Source: Parvularculaceae bacterium (GTDB taxonomy: Bacteria; Pseudomonadota; Alphaproteobacteria; Caulobacterales; Parvularculaceae). From it: a DNA stretch of 64,000 bases. The notes beneath the pieces are model-generated. The model saw only the letters and a program-made list of their open reading frames with translations. It did no database searches and had not been told where the DNA came from. The first letter of the stretch is position 1; each line of letters starts with the position of its first letter. The DNA lies in NCBI GenBank assembly GCA_028284065.1, contig JANQSJ010000018.1, positions 10,367-74,366 of the forward strand, read 5' to 3'. Positions 1 through 11,787 of this stretch are shown piece after piece. The position numbers and the translations under genes are program-made.

Positions 1-757
1 GGCTCGTCTTTTCCATAACCGCAAAGTCTATTGACTTATTTACGCACCGACTAAATGCATCATCATCAAGCATGAGGACGCCGTTCAAGCGTTCGGCGCG
101 GTCGACCGCGAGCTGCGCGGGCGCGAAAATATCCGGCGCATGTTTCTCAAATTCCTCAAGCATCACGTCGGTTCGGAACATGAAAATTCCACCGTTCCAG
201 AAATAGTCGCCTGACGACACAAACTCACGCGCTGTCTTTAGATCCGGCTTTTCCTTGAACGCCGCGACCGCCTTAGCGCCCTTGTTCAAAGAGGGCCCCG
301 CCTGAATATATCCGTACCCGGTCTCTGGATGCGTCGGCGTGACGCCAAATGTCACGATCCGTCCCTCAGCCGAGGCGTCCGCCGCTGCGTCTATCGCCGC
401 GATGAATGCCCTTTCGTCAGAGATGTGATGATCCGCTGGCGCAACAAGGACCGTCTCGCCCGGGCGATCGCGCTCAATGGCCGAAGCCATGGCGGCGATG
501 GCGGGACCGGTGTTTCTCGCGTTTGGCTCGAGAATGATGCGTTCCGGGGCGACGCCAATCTCCGCAATCTCTTTACGGAGAAGGTCTTCGTGCGACGCCG
601 CGCCCAAAATGACAGGCGGCGAGAAGGGACCCGTCGCCGGCGAGAATCGCAGGATCGTCTGTTGAAAGAGCGTGCGATCCGACCCGAATGAGTGGAATTG
701 CTTCGGCCGCGCGCGCCGGGAAACGGGCCACAACCGCGTACCCGATCCGCCTGACAT
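1..757 (-). CDS. manC: mannose-1-phosphate guanylyltransferase (GDP-mannose pyrophosphorylase), N-terminal ~252 codons; the 3' end runs off the left edge of the window
   Basis: Absent from the ORF track because it is open at the window edge. My reverse-complement translation from the ATG at 757..755 reads MSGGSGTRLWPVSRRARPKQFHSF..., the GGxGxRLWP nucleotidyltransferase signature. It continues through ...VLVAPADHHI... and ...ETGYGYIQ.... The gene is divergent from the AGE-family gene. Confidence 0.8.
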   Translation of the reverse strand, partial: MSGGSGTRLWPVSRRARPKQFHSFGSDRTLFQQTILRFSPATGPFSPPVILGAASHEDLLRKEIAEIGVAPERIILEPNARNTGPAIAAMASAIERDRPGETVLVAPADHHISDERAFIAAIDAAADASAEGRIVTFGVTPTHPETGYGYIQAGPSLNKGAKAVAAFKEKPDLKTAREFVSSGDYFWNGGIFMFRTDVMLEEFEKHAPDIFAPAQLAVDRAERLNGVLMLDDDAFSRCVNKSIDFAVMEKTS

Positions 758-942
758 GATAACCGGTCGGATAGCGTGTCTCGCCACCATGCGCTCCTAG
801 CCGCCCTCGTGCAGGACCGCGCCGTTTCTATCGGCGATCGAGTTCCTGGGCAATGCGGGCGCCGGAGACATTGTTCAGGCCGTGCGCTCTCGATAGAATC
901 CCGTTGCAATTGTTGCTTGCAGGCGCTGCTCAAGGAGCGGGT

Positions 943-2124
943 ATGTCTTTGTCGCCGCTCGCGGAAAGAATGCGCGCATGGATGTTCGGGGCCGCCCTGC
1001 CGCTCTGGGCTGAGCGTGGCGTCGATCGGCGTTATGGGGGATTTGTCGAGGCGCTGACGTTCGATGGCGCAGACGCTGCGCTCGACTACAAGAGAGTCCG
1101 GGTCGCCTGCCGGCAAATCTATGTTTTCTCCCACGCGAAAATGCTCGGCTGGTCCGACGGCGAGGCGATTGCGGCGGATGGAGCGGCTTACCTCGTAGAG
1201 AAAGCCTGGCGTAAAGGTCAGGGCGGGTTCGGCCGTCGCCTCACCCGCGCCGGCGAATTGCATGATCCGACGCCTGACCTTTACGACAACGCCTTCGCTC
1301 TCTTTGCTTTCGCCTGGGCGCATCGCGCGACCGGCGACCCGGCCTATCGCGATCTTGCGGCGCGCACGTTCGACTGGATCGACGACACTATGCGCGATCC
1401 GGCGGGCAAGGGATTTCTGCATCAGATTCCCCCTGCCGGTTGGCGGACGCAGAATCCGCACATGCACCTTTTGGAGGCATGCCTCGCCGCTTTCGAAGCG
1501 ACAGCCGATCCGCGCTATAAAAAGGCGGCGATTGAGATCGTTGATCTCTTTGAGACGCGCTTCTTCGATCGCCACGCTGGCGCCCTCGGTGAATTCTTCA
1601 CGGACGACTGGTCGCGCGCGCCGGGAGACGCAGGCTGGCGGATAGAGCCCGGGCATCAGTTTGAGTGGGCGTGGCTTTTGCAGACGTATCAACGCCGCTT
1701 AGGTCCCGAGATCGACTATTCAGCTGAACCTTATTTCAGCATGCTGAGCGACTTTGCCGAGCGCTACGGCATCAATGAGTACGGCGCGGTGATGAATACG
1801 GTGTCCCGTGAGGGCGCGCCCATAGATGCCGGGTCGCGCGCCTGGCCCAACACGGAGCGCCTGAAGGCGGCCGTGGCCCGCGCGCGACTTGAGGGACGGA
1901 ACTGGTCAAACGAAATCGAGAATGTGGCAGGTTTGCTTTTGGACCGGTATCTTTCGTCGACTCAGGAGATAAGCATTCCCGATGGAGCGTGGATTGACGC
2001 ATTTGATGCGGCCGGCCATCCGACCGCGGCCAACGTTCCCGCATCAACATTCTACCACTTGTTTTTAGCGTTCGCTGAAACGCTGCAGCTAGCCTCATCG
2101 GCCGCTAAAGGCGGCGGGACGTGA
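943..2124 (+). CDS. AGE-superfamily sugar epimerase/isomerase (N-acylglucosamine 2-epimerase / mannose-isomerase-like)
   Basis: Track ORF 853..2124. I placed the start at ATG 943, preceded by AAGGAG (MSLSPLAERMRAW...). The product has the (alpha/alpha)6-barrel-type sequence typical of the AGE family, e.g. DLYDNAFALFAFAWA, NPHMHLLEA and GHQFEWAWLL. Confidence 0.8.
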   Translation: MSLSPLAERMRAWMFGAALPLWAERGVDRRYGGFVEALTFDGADAALDYKRVRVACRQIYVFSHAKMLGWSDGEAIAADGAAYLVEKAWRKGQGGFGRRLTRAGELHDPTPDLYDNAFALFAFAWAHRATGDPAYRDLAARTFDWIDDTMRDPAGKGFLHQIPPAGWRTQNPHMHLLEACLAAFEATADPRYKKAAIEIVDLFETRFFDRHAGALGEFFTDDWSRAPGDAGWRIEPGHQFEWAWLLQTYQRRLGPEIDYSAEPYFSMLSDFAERYGINEYGAVMNTVSREGAPIDAGSRAWPNTERLKAAVARARLEGRNWSNEIENVAGLLLDRYLSSTQEISIPDGAWIDAFDAAGHPTAANVPASTFYHLFLAFAETLQLASSAAKGGGT

Positions 2125-2150
2125 CGGTCAAAGGATGAGGCAATTGCCGT

Positions 2151-3062
2151 CTAACCGCGCCAGCTATCTTCATCTATGATGCGCTCAACGCATGGCGCGA
2201 GGCTCTCGCGCCAGTCGCGCGCGCGGTAGTCGTAGAGTCGGGCGAGCTTTTCGCAGTTCAATCGAGAATTCGTCGGCCGGCGCGCCGGCGTCGGGTAATC
2301 GCTAGTGGGTATCGGGTTCACTATGGCCGAGGGCCCGCCGCGCGCGGCGCTGAGGCGGAATATCTCCTCCGCGAATCCCGCCCAACTCGTCTCTCCAGAA
2401 CCCGCCATGTGGAAGATGCCGAATTCCTCATTTGGCGCGCCGACTGACGCGGCGTTGATGACTTTCAGCACGGCGTCGGCGATGTCGAAGGCGGAGGTAG
2501 GCGCGCCAATCTGGTCGGCTACGACATTGAGCTCCTCTCGATCGGCCGCAACGCGAAGCATCGTCTTCACGAAATTCTTGCCGAACGGACTGTAGACCCA
2601 GGACGTTCTGAGGATCACATGCTTCTCGGCAAGAGCGGCCACTTCGTTTTCGCCCTCAAGCTTCGTTTGTCCGTAGACGCCTAACGGACCTGTCGGATCG
2701 TCCTCGCGCCACGCCTTCGTTCCGGACCCGTCAAATACGTAATCGGTTGAGAGATGAATGATACGAATGCTTGCCGCCGCCGCTGCGCGCGCGAGGTTCG
2801 CCGCGCCGTCGCGATTGACCGCTCGCGCCGCCTCGACGTCCGTCTCCGCGCCATCGACCGCCGTATAGGCCGCGGCATTAACGACGACGTCCGGCGCGTG
2901 CTTTTTAAAGGCCGCTGCGATTGCGTTGGGGTCGGTTACGTCCATCCGGTCCCGCCCAAGGCTCACCGCCTGGAGACGGGCATCCTTCGCCGCGCCCTCG
3001 CGTAGGGCGGACGCTACCTGGCCGGACGCGCCGGCGATGAGAATTCTGGATGTCGCCGTCAT
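2151..3062 (-). CDS. rfbD: dTDP-4-dehydrorhamnose reductase
   Basis: Track ORF 2151..3071; its first codon is TTG. The ATG at 3062 has GGGGAG upstream and gives MTATSRILIAGASGQV (Rossmann GxxGxxG). The product also carries HLSTDYVFDG and YGQTKLEGE (the YxxxK motif), typical of RmlD. Confidence 0.85.
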   Translation of the reverse strand: MTATSRILIAGASGQVASALREGAAKDARLQAVSLGRDRMDVTDPNAIAAAFKKHAPDVVVNAAAYTAVDGAETDVEAARAVNRDGAANLARAAAAASIRIIHLSTDYVFDGSGTKAWREDDPTGPLGVYGQTKLEGENEVAALAEKHVILRTSWVYSPFGKNFVKTMLRVAADREELNVVADQIGAPTSAFDIADAVLKVINAASVGAPNEEFGIFHMAGSGETSWAGFAEEIFRLSAARGGPSAIVNPIPTSDYPTPARRPTNSRLNCEKLARLYDYRARDWRESLAPCVERIIDEDSWRG

Positions 3063-3188
3063 GCTCCCCAATCCGGAAAGCCCGATTTTAGGCGGGCTGC
3101 TTCGCCCAAAGCGCTCGTTTGCTCCGAGGCCTCTGAATGGCGGCGATTGTTCCGCGCGCCCTAAACCGCTGCGGCGGACGCGCGGCGT

Positions 3189-4403
3189 CTAGGCGACCAT
3201 CCGGGCAAGGGCGCATTGCGACCAGATTTCCGACAGGGCTGACACGAGGCGGTCGATATCGTCGTCCGTATGGACCGGCGACGGCGTGATTCGCAGCCGC
3301 TCGGCGCCGCGCGCCACGGTCGGATAGTTAATGGGCTGAACATAGATGCCGTGGTTCTCCATAAGCCAGTCGGAGATCCATTTACACTTTACCGCGTCCT
3401 TCACCATGACCGGAACGATGTGGCTCGGATTGTCGAGCGTCGGAATGCCGACGCCGTTCAGCCGTTGCCGAACCTTGGCGACCGCCGCGCGCTGGCCCTC
3501 TCGCTCCAAATCGCTCGTCTTCAGCCGCCTGACGCTCGCCAGCGCCCCAGCGGCGAGCGCAGGGGGCAGCGCGGTCGTAAAGATAAATCCGGACGCGAAC
3601 GACCTTACGAAGTCGATCAGCGATCTGGAGCCAGTGATGTAGCCGCCCATGACCCCGAACGCCTTGCCGAGGGTGCCTTCGATAACGGTCAGCCGGTCCA
3701 TCAATCCGTCGCGCTCGGCGATGCCGCCGCCTCGCGGGCCGTAGAGGCCGACCGCGTGGACCTCGTCGAGATACGTCATTGCGCCATGCCGCTCTGCGAC
3801 GTCGCAGATCTCGTCGATCGGCGCGATGTCGCCGTCCATGGAGTAGACGCTCTCAAACGCCACAAGCTTCGGCGCGCCCTCCGGAGCGTCCTTCAGAAGC
3901 TCTTCGAGGTGCGCCGGGTCATTATGCCGGAAGATATGCCGCTCCGCCCTTGAGTGGCGGATGCCCTCAATCATGGAGGCGTGGTTCATGGCGTCGGAAT
4001 AGACAATGCACCCCGGCATCCGCGCAGCGAGGGTCGACAGGCTTGTCCAGTTCGAGACGTAGCCAGACGTAAAGAGGAGCGCCGCCTCCTTGCCGTGAAG
4101 GTCGGCCAATTCCTCTTCGAGCAAGACATGATAATGATTGGTGCCCGAAATGTTGCGGGTGCCGCCTGCGCCTGCGCCGCACTCGTCTATCGCCTTGTGC
4201 ATCGCCGCAAGCACGTCCGGATGCTGGCCCATGCCAAGATAGTCGTTCGAGCACCAGACGGTGACGTCCCGCGGACCGATTTCGCCATGGTTGCGCGCCT
4301 GCGGAAATGCGCCCGCTTTGCGCTTGATATCGGCGAACACCCGGTATGCGCCTTCCTCGCGGAGCGCGTCGAGTTTGGCTTCAAAAAAGCTCTCGTAGTC
4401 CAT
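3189..4403 (-). CDS. hemA: 5-aminolevulinate synthase
   Basis: 404 aa, with a GGAGGA Shine-Dalgarno (SD) sequence. The product starts [23 protein letters not shown] and contains [22 protein letters not shown] and a PLP lysine context (TLGKAFG). This is a classic alphaproteobacterial ALAS. Confidence 0.93.
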   Translation of the reverse strand: MDYESFFEAKLDALREEGAYRVFADIKRKAGAFPQARNHGEIGPRDVTVWCSNDYLGMGQHPDVLAAMHKAIDECGAGAGGTRNISGTNHYHVLLEEELADLHGKEAALLFTSGYVSNWTSLSTLAARMPGCIVYSDAMNHASMIEGIRHSRAERHIFRHNDPAHLEELLKDAPEGAPKLVAFESVYSMDGDIAPIDEICDVAERHGAMTYLDEVHAVGLYGPRGGGIAERDGLMDRLTVIEGTLGKAFGVMGGYITGSRSLIDFVRSFASGFIFTTALPPALAAGALASVRRLKTSDLEREGQRAAVAKVRQRLNGVGIPTLDNPSHIVPVMVKDAVKCKWISDWLMENHGIYVQPINYPTVARGAERLRITPSPVHTDDDIDRLVSALSEIWSQCALARMVA

Positions 4404-4704
4404 CGGTCCTCCGACGCCGCCTAATCAGCGACGATGCGTTCTTATATCGGCGGGCTTCCGTTCACCAAGCCTTAACCCGCCGGTCTGGCGTTAGGCGCGC
4501 GCGCCTCTCCACCCTGCGGCGTTTCGCCACCATATTGCTCCGTCGCGGCCGCTTCGTTGCTCTAGGTCAAGAAGTCGCCAAGACGCGCCCATTTCGCGTC
4601 AGACTACCTTCCCGAACCTTCGCAGGACCAGCGGCCGGGCCATAGATAATGGCAATGTCGGTTATGGAGGAAGCCGATTTAAGGCGGCGGCGCGCCGCGC
4701 GACC

Positions 4705-5772
4705 TTATGCGCCGGCGCGCTCGGCGAAACTCCAGGCGAGACGGGCGAGGGGCTGCACCTGCGCGCCGGTTTTCGCCGCCTCCGGCGACGACGCGTTCCC
4801 CTGCAGGCTGCGCGCGTATACGCCTTGGATAATTGCTGCAATGCGGAACATGTTATAGGCGAGGCAGAAGTCAAGGTCCGGCAACCCTTGCCGGCCGGTG
4901 CGCGCGCAATAGTGGGCCACCGCGTCGTCAAGTGAGGGGATGCCTAGCGCGCCGAGATCGCGTCCCGCGAGTCCGCCGCGCACCTCCTGCGGGAAAAACC
5001 AGGCCATAAGGAAATAGGTGAAATCGGCAAGCGGATGGCCGAGCGTCGATAGCTCCCAGTCGAGGACCGCGAGCGCGCGCGGCTCGGTGGGATGCATGAT
5101 GACATTGTCGAACCGAAAATCGCCATGGACGATGCTCGACGCCTCGTCATTCGGAATGGCGCTCGGCAACCAGGAGATCAACCGATCCATTTCGTCGATC
5201 TTCGAGGTCTCTCCGGCCTTGTATTGCTTCGACCACCGACCGATCTGGCGCTCGAAGTAATTGCCAGGCTTTCCGTAGTCGGACAGACCCGCCTTCTCTA
5301 TGTCAATGAGGTGAAGATCGGCAAGGGCGTCAATAAGGCCGCGATAAAGCGGCGCGCGCGCTTCCTTGGCGACGTCGGGCAGGCCGGAATCCCAGAAAAT
5401 CCGTCCCTCAACGAAATCCATGACGAAGAATGTCGTACCGACAACGCTTTCGTCCTCGCACAGCAGCCAGGTTTTCGGGGCCGGATAGCCGAGGCGCCCG
5501 AGCGCTGTCATCACGCGGTATTCGCGGTCGACCGCATGGGCGGACGGCAGGAGGTCGCCCGGCGGCTTTCGGCGCAGGACGTATTTTCGGGCTGGCGTCG
5601 TCAGCAAATAGGTCGGGTTCGACTGTCCGCCCTTGAACTTCTGGACGGTTAGCGGGCCTTCGAAACCTGGCAGCTGGCTCGCGAGGAACTCTGCGAGCCG
5701 AGCCTCGTCGAACCTGAGGTGATCCGGCGTGTCGCCGACGCCAATGAAATCCGGCGCCTCATCTCTCGTCAT
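4705..5772 (-). CDS. phosphotransferase-family protein (APH / ACAD10-type kinase fold)
   Basis: 355 aa. It contains the Brenner-type catalytic motif IVHGDFRFDNVIM and VLDWELS, plus GGQSNPTYLL near the N-terminus. Confidence 0.8.
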   Translation of the reverse strand: MTRDEAPDFIGVGDTPDHLRFDEARLAEFLASQLPGFEGPLTVQKFKGGQSNPTYLLTTPARKYVLRRKPPGDLLPSAHAVDREYRVMTALGRLGYPAPKTWLLCEDESVVGTTFFVMDFVEGRIFWDSGLPDVAKEARAPLYRGLIDALADLHLIDIEKAGLSDYGKPGNYFERQIGRWSKQYKAGETSKIDEMDRLISWLPSAIPNDEASSIVHGDFRFDNVIMHPTEPRALAVLDWELSTLGHPLADFTYFLMAWFFPQEVRGGLAGRDLGALGIPSLDDAVAHYCARTGRQGLPDLDFCLAYNMFRIAAIIQGVYARSLQGNASSPEAAKTGAQVQPLARLAWSFAERAGA

Positions 5773-5808
5773 TATTTGACCTCCCGGGAGGGCCGCAGTC
5801 CGCCAGCG

Positions 5809-6699
5809 TCAGGCGGCGAATGTCTTCAGCCGTTCATGAAACTCGAAAAACGCGGAGAGCGTCTCGTCGGGCGCCTCCGTCTGCGGATAATGGCCGATGT
5901 CTGGAAAAAGGACCGCATCGGCGCCCGGCAACTGCTCGATGTAGTAGTGATATAGATGCGAGCCCGACACCGGATCCGCGCCGCCGTCGATCAGCCGTAA
6001 GGGGATGCTGGTTTCCTTGAGCGCGCCGACCCACCGGCTGCGGTTCGCCTTTCGCTCAGGTATGTAGCGCAATAGCTTGTGCAGGATCTTGGTGCCGTCA
6101 TGCTCGCTGATCAACCTCCAGTGGCCATTGATCTCTCCGTCGGAAGCCTTGGTGTCGGGGCCGAAGATTTCGTCGAAGGCTACGCGGAGGCGATCCTTGG
6201 TCATGATCGCGCCAAGCAGCGGACCGAGCGGGGTCAGGCCGAGCTTCTGCGACAGGCGCGCCCGGTGCTGCTCAGGAAACAGGCCGCCATTTAGGAACGT
6301 GACGGATTTAATCAGAAAGCTGAGCGTTTTGTCTTGCTGGCGCGCGACAAGCTCTTGCGCGACCGTATTGCCGTAGTCGTGGACGAGAAGGTGCGTCTCG
6401 CCGACGCCGAGCCGCTCCAGAACGGCCTCCTGTAGGTCCGCCTGCTCCAAAATCGAATAGCGGTGGCCGCGCGGCTTGTCGGAAAGACCAAAGCCGAGCA
6501 TGTCCGCCGCGACAAGGTGAAAGCGCTCGCTAAGCCGCGGCCAGACTGCGGTCCAGTCCCAACTCGACGTCGGGAATCCGTGGATCAACAGAAGCGAAGG
6601 CTTTTCCGCACGCTGATCGCCTGACGACCACCATGCGATATGATAGTCCCCGAAAGGCATGAACTGGGCGGCGTCGCGCCATTCGTCGAGCGGGCGCAT
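5809..6699 (-). CDS. alpha/beta-hydrolase (epoxide hydrolase / haloalkane dehalogenase-like, Asp nucleophile)
   Basis: 296 aa. It contains LLLIHGFPTSSWDW (oxyanion HGxP) and LLVHDYGN, an HD-x-G nucleophile elbow rather than GxSxG. Confidence 0.8.
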   Translation of the reverse strand: MRPLDEWRDAAQFMPFGDYHIAWWSSGDQRAEKPSLLLIHGFPTSSWDWTAVWPRLSERFHLVAADMLGFGLSDKPRGHRYSILEQADLQEAVLERLGVGETHLLVHDYGNTVAQELVARQQDKTLSFLIKSVTFLNGGLFPEQHRARLSQKLGLTPLGPLLGAIMTKDRLRVAFDEIFGPDTKASDGEINGHWRLISEHDGTKILHKLLRYIPERKANRSRWVGALKETSIPLRLIDGGADPVSGSHLYHYYIEQLPGADAVLFPDIGHYPQTEAPDETLSAFFEFHERLKTFAA

Positions 6700-6702
6700 G
6701 GC

Positions 6703-7992
6703 TCAGGCGCTCCGGCGGCCTTGGCCGCGCTTCAGGGCGCGGGCGGCGATGTCCGTACGGCAGTATCCCGTCGGCCAGTCAATCGCATCGACGCCTTCAT
6801 AAGCGCGCCGCACCGCCTGTTCCAATGTGTTCCCGAGCGCAGTGACATTGAGGACGCGCCCGCCATTTGCCCGCAGCACGCCGCCGTCGGATTTCGTGCC
6901 TGCGTGGAAGACGACAACGTCCTCAAGCGCGTTCGCGTCGGCGACGCCATTAATGCGGGCGCCCTTATCATAGCCGCCGGGGTAGCCTTCAGCAGCGAGC
7001 ACTACGCATGCGCAATGCTCGGCCCGCCATTTAACATCGCCCTCCGGCAATGATCCGGTCGCCGCGCCATAGAGTAGGGGCAGGAGGTCGCTCTCCATAC
7101 GGCGCATTAGCGTCTGGCACTCCGGGTCGCCGAAGCGGACATTGAACTCGACCAGCCGCGGCGCGCCGGCGTCGATCATTAGGCCCGCATAAAGAACGCC
7201 TTTGAAAGGCGCGCCGCGGCGCGCCATCTCCGCAAGCGTCGGCTTAAGTATCTTTTCGATCGTTTCTTCGCGAACGACGTCGGTGAACGGCGGCGCCGGG
7301 GAGTAGGCGCCCATGCCGCCCGTATTCGGGCCTTTGTCGCCGTCAAACGCCCGTTTGTGGTCCTGCGCGGCGATGAGCGGCGCGATGCGGGTCCCGTCGC
7401 AGATCGCAAAAAAGCTCGCTTCTTCGCCTTCCATAAACTCTTCGATGACGACGGACGCGCCGGCGTCCCCGAAGCGGCCGCCGATCATGTCGTCGATCGC
7501 GGCGTCTGCTTCGGCCAGCGTCTCGGCGATCACGACGCCCTTGCCGGCGGCGAGGCCATCGGCCTTGACGACATAGGGCGGCGCCTGCCCGCGCAGGAAA
7601 GCCTTGGCCGCGTCAGCGCCCGCGAACTGTCCATGGGCGGCCGTCGGCGCGCCTGTGGCGGCGCAGATTTCCTTGGCGAACGCCTTGGAGGTCTCGAGCC
7701 GCGCCGCGGCGGCGGTCGGCCCGAAACAGGGAATTCCGGCGGCATCGAGCGCGTCGGCGAGGCCGGCCGCGAGCGGCGCCTCAGGACCGACGATAACGAG
7801 ATCAACCCCGTTCGCTTCGCAAAACGATTGCGTCGCGCCGGGCGCTTCGCCGTTTACCTCCACCGGCTCCCCGATTTGATTGAGCCCGGGGTTGCCGGCC
7901 TGTACATAAAGGGCTGAAAGAAGCGGGCTCTCGGCGACTTTCCAGCCGATGGCGTGTTCGCGGCCCCCGCCGCCGATTAGCAGGACCTTCAC
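6703..7992 (-). CDS. purD: phosphoribosylamine--glycine ligase
   Basis: Track ORF 6703..8130. The first 46 codons are Arg-rich and not PurD-like. The GTG at 7992 gives VKVLLIGGGGREHAIGWK, the canonical PurD N-terminus. ATP-grasp motifs follow throughout. Confidence 0.92.
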   Translation of the reverse strand: MKVLLIGGGGREHAIGWKVAESPLLSALYVQAGNPGLNQIGEPVEVNGEAPGATQSFCEANGVDLVIVGPEAPLAAGLADALDAAGIPCFGPTAAAARLETSKAFAKEICAATGAPTAAHGQFAGADAAKAFLRGQAPPYVVKADGLAAGKGVVIAETLAEADAAIDDMIGGRFGDAGASVVIEEFMEGEEASFFAICDGTRIAPLIAAQDHKRAFDGDKGPNTGGMGAYSPAPPFTDVVREETIEKILKPTLAEMARRGAPFKGVLYAGLMIDAGAPRLVEFNVRFGDPECQTLMRRMESDLLPLLYGAATGSLPEGDVKWRAEHCACVVLAAEGYPGGYDKGARINGVADANALEDVVVFHAGTKSDGGVLRANGGRVLNVTALGNTLEQAVRRAYEGVDAIDWPTGYCRTDIAARALKRGQGRRSA

Positions 7993-8141
7993 TTGGGCCG
8001 ATCTCCGCTTTGCCGTTCGCGTTCTTGCCCATCGCGTTGCGACTGGTCGCGCCGCGCGCGCCAGCCAGTCGGCGATGCCGAGGAAGCGCTTGGACCCACC
8101 GCGTTTAAGCGCTTGGCGCGGGGCGATCAACGGGGCGCCGC

Positions 8142-9992
<1,851 letters not shown>

Positions 9993-10049
9993 CGTCGTGC
10001 AAAATGGCCCGCAGTCGCGCTGCGTTGCGAGGCGGCGTATAAAGCGGCC

Positions 10050-11471
10050 ATGACGGCGCAGCCGAACCTCAAGGAATATTCAGTCTCGGAGCTTTCCGGC
10101 GCTGTGAAGCGCGCGCTGGAAGACGGGTTCGGCTATGTGCGCGTGCGCGGCGAGCTTGGCCGCGTCGTAAAGGCCGGCTCCGGCCACGTCTATCTCGATC
10201 TAAAGGACGATCGCGCTGTGTTGTCCGGCGTCATGTGGAAAGGCGTCGCCGCGCGCCAGTCGGTGGCGCCGGAGCAGGGCATGGAGGTGATCGCATCCGG
10301 CAAGGTCTCCACGTTTCCGGGCCAGTCGAAGTACCAGATTATCATCGACAGCCTTGAGCCCGCGGGCGCCGGCGCGCTCATGGCGCTTCTGGAGGAGCGC
10401 AAGAAAAAGCTGGCGGCCCAAGGCCTGTTCGATCCCGCGCGCAAGCGGGAGCTTCCGTTCCTGCCGCAAACGATCGGCGTCGTGACGTCGCCCTCCGGCG
10501 CCGTCATTCGCGATATCCTGCACCGTTTGCGCGACCGGTTTCCGAGCCACGTGGTCGTATGGCCGACCCTGGTGCAGGGGCGCGGCGCCGAAGCGCAAAT
10601 TGCGGAAGCCATCGACGGTTTCAACGCCTTGCCGTTGGGCGGACGCGTCGCGAGGCCCGACGTCCTGATCGTCGCGCGCGGAGGCGGTTCGCTGGAGGAC
10701 CTCTGGTGCTTCAACGAGGAGATCGTGGTGCGCGCCGCAGCGAGGAGCCAGATACCGCTCGTTTCGGCGGTCGGCCACGAGACGGATACGACGCTTATCG
10801 ATTACGCCGCCGACCGGCGCGCGCCGACGCCGACCGCCGCGGCGGAAATGGCGGTTCCGGTGCGTTCGGAACTCCTGGCGGAGACGATAAACAAGGCGCG
10901 CCGGCTGGAGACGGCCCTTGCGCGGCTCGCCGAGGCGGCGCGCGGCGAGCTACGCGCAGCCGTCCGCGGCCTTGGCCGGCCGGAGGATCTGCTTGGCCAG
11001 ACCGCCCAAAGAGTCGATCGCGCGGGGGACCGGCTGGCGGCTGCGCTCGCGGCGCGGCGCGCGGCGGCGGCGGCGCAGTTTGCCGGCCTCGGCGCCAGGC
11101 TGGGGCCCCAGGCGCTGCAGCCGGCCGCCGCCCGGATGCGCGATCGTCTCGAGGCGGCTGTGGCCCTTTTTGACCGAGCGCCCACGGCGGATCTCGAAGG
11201 GCGCAAGGAGCGGCTCGCCGCCTCTTCAAAGCTGCTTGACGCTTTAAGCCATAAAAGCGCCCTTGATCGGGGTTTTGCGATTGTGCTCGATGCCGCCGGC
11301 CGGCTCGTTGCGCGCGCAGCCGACGTGAAGGCGGGAGATCGCGTCCGCCTGTCGTTTGCGGATGCTGAGCGCGCCGCCGCTATCGTCGATGGCGAGACGT
11401 CTAAGGCGCGCGGCGGCGATACACCTGAAAAACCGCGGCGCAGGGCTGTGCAGGAAAGCCTCTTCGACTAG
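10050..11471 (+). CDS. xseA: exodeoxyribonuclease VII large subunit
   Basis: 473 aa. It contains YSVSELSGAVKRALEDGFGYVRVRGEL (OB-fold N-terminus) and VLIVARGGGSLEDLWCFNEE. Confidence 0.92.
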   Translation: MTAQPNLKEYSVSELSGAVKRALEDGFGYVRVRGELGRVVKAGSGHVYLDLKDDRAVLSGVMWKGVAARQSVAPEQGMEVIASGKVSTFPGQSKYQIIIDSLEPAGAGALMALLEERKKKLAAQGLFDPARKRELPFLPQTIGVVTSPSGAVIRDILHRLRDRFPSHVVVWPTLVQGRGAEAQIAEAIDGFNALPLGGRVARPDVLIVARGGGSLEDLWCFNEEIVVRAAARSQIPLVSAVGHETDTTLIDYAADRRAPTPTAAAEMAVPVRSELLAETINKARRLETALARLAEAARGELRAAVRGLGRPEDLLGQTAQRVDRAGDRLAAALAARRAAAAAQFAGLGARLGPQALQPAAARMRDRLEAAVALFDRAPTADLEGRKERLAASSKLLDALSHKSALDRGFAIVLDAAGRLVARAADVKAGDRVRLSFADAERAAAIVDGETSKARGGDTPEKPRRRAVQESLFD

Positions 11472-11517
11472 ATTTCGGGGCGACTGTCGAAGGATATCAA
11501 AGGGCGACGCGCGAATC

Positions 11518-11742
11518 ATGAACGAACGCGAAGCGATCATCGAATATCTTGATGCGGATTATTCCGTAGTGCGGCCGGGCGACTTCGTCCGATGCGCTGT
11601 CACGGGGGCGAAGATTCCGCTTGAAGCATTGCGGTACTGGAGCGTCGAGCGCCAGGAAGCCTATGTGGACGCCGCCGCCGCCATGGTGGCTTTCGGCCAT
11701 CCGCCGCGCAAGCAGCCGGCCGATAGCGCGCCGCAATCCTGA
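11518..11742 (+). CDS. DUF2093-family small protein
   Basis: Track ORF 11356..11742 overlaps the end of xseA. The ATG at 11518 gives MNEREAIIEYLDADYSVVRPGDFVRCAVTGAKIPLEALRYWSVERQEAYVDAAAA, which matches my memory of DUF2093 proteins. Confidence 0.7.
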   Translation: MNEREAIIEYLDADYSVVRPGDFVRCAVTGAKIPLEALRYWSVERQEAYVDAAAAMVAFGHPPRKQPADSAPQS

Positions 11743-11787
11743 ACCGCAACGCCTGACCGACCCCAGACGAGACGCGGAGAGCTCATA

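Noticed and set aside
391-1692. 433-aa minus-strand ORF spanning the manC/AGE region
   Set aside because: It is antisense to or overlaps two genes that have clear family signatures. Its composition is Arg/Ser/Pro-rich and no motifs are present.
3080-3105. Hairpin AGCCCG-(8 nt)-CGGGCT downstream of hemA as a possible terminator
   Set aside because: On the minus strand the stem is followed only by TT, which is too weak to call.
3128-3140. CTGAATGG match between hemA and rmlD, resembling the symporter-promoter repeat core
   Set aside because: Only 8 nt are shared, which is too short to separate from chance in 64 kb.
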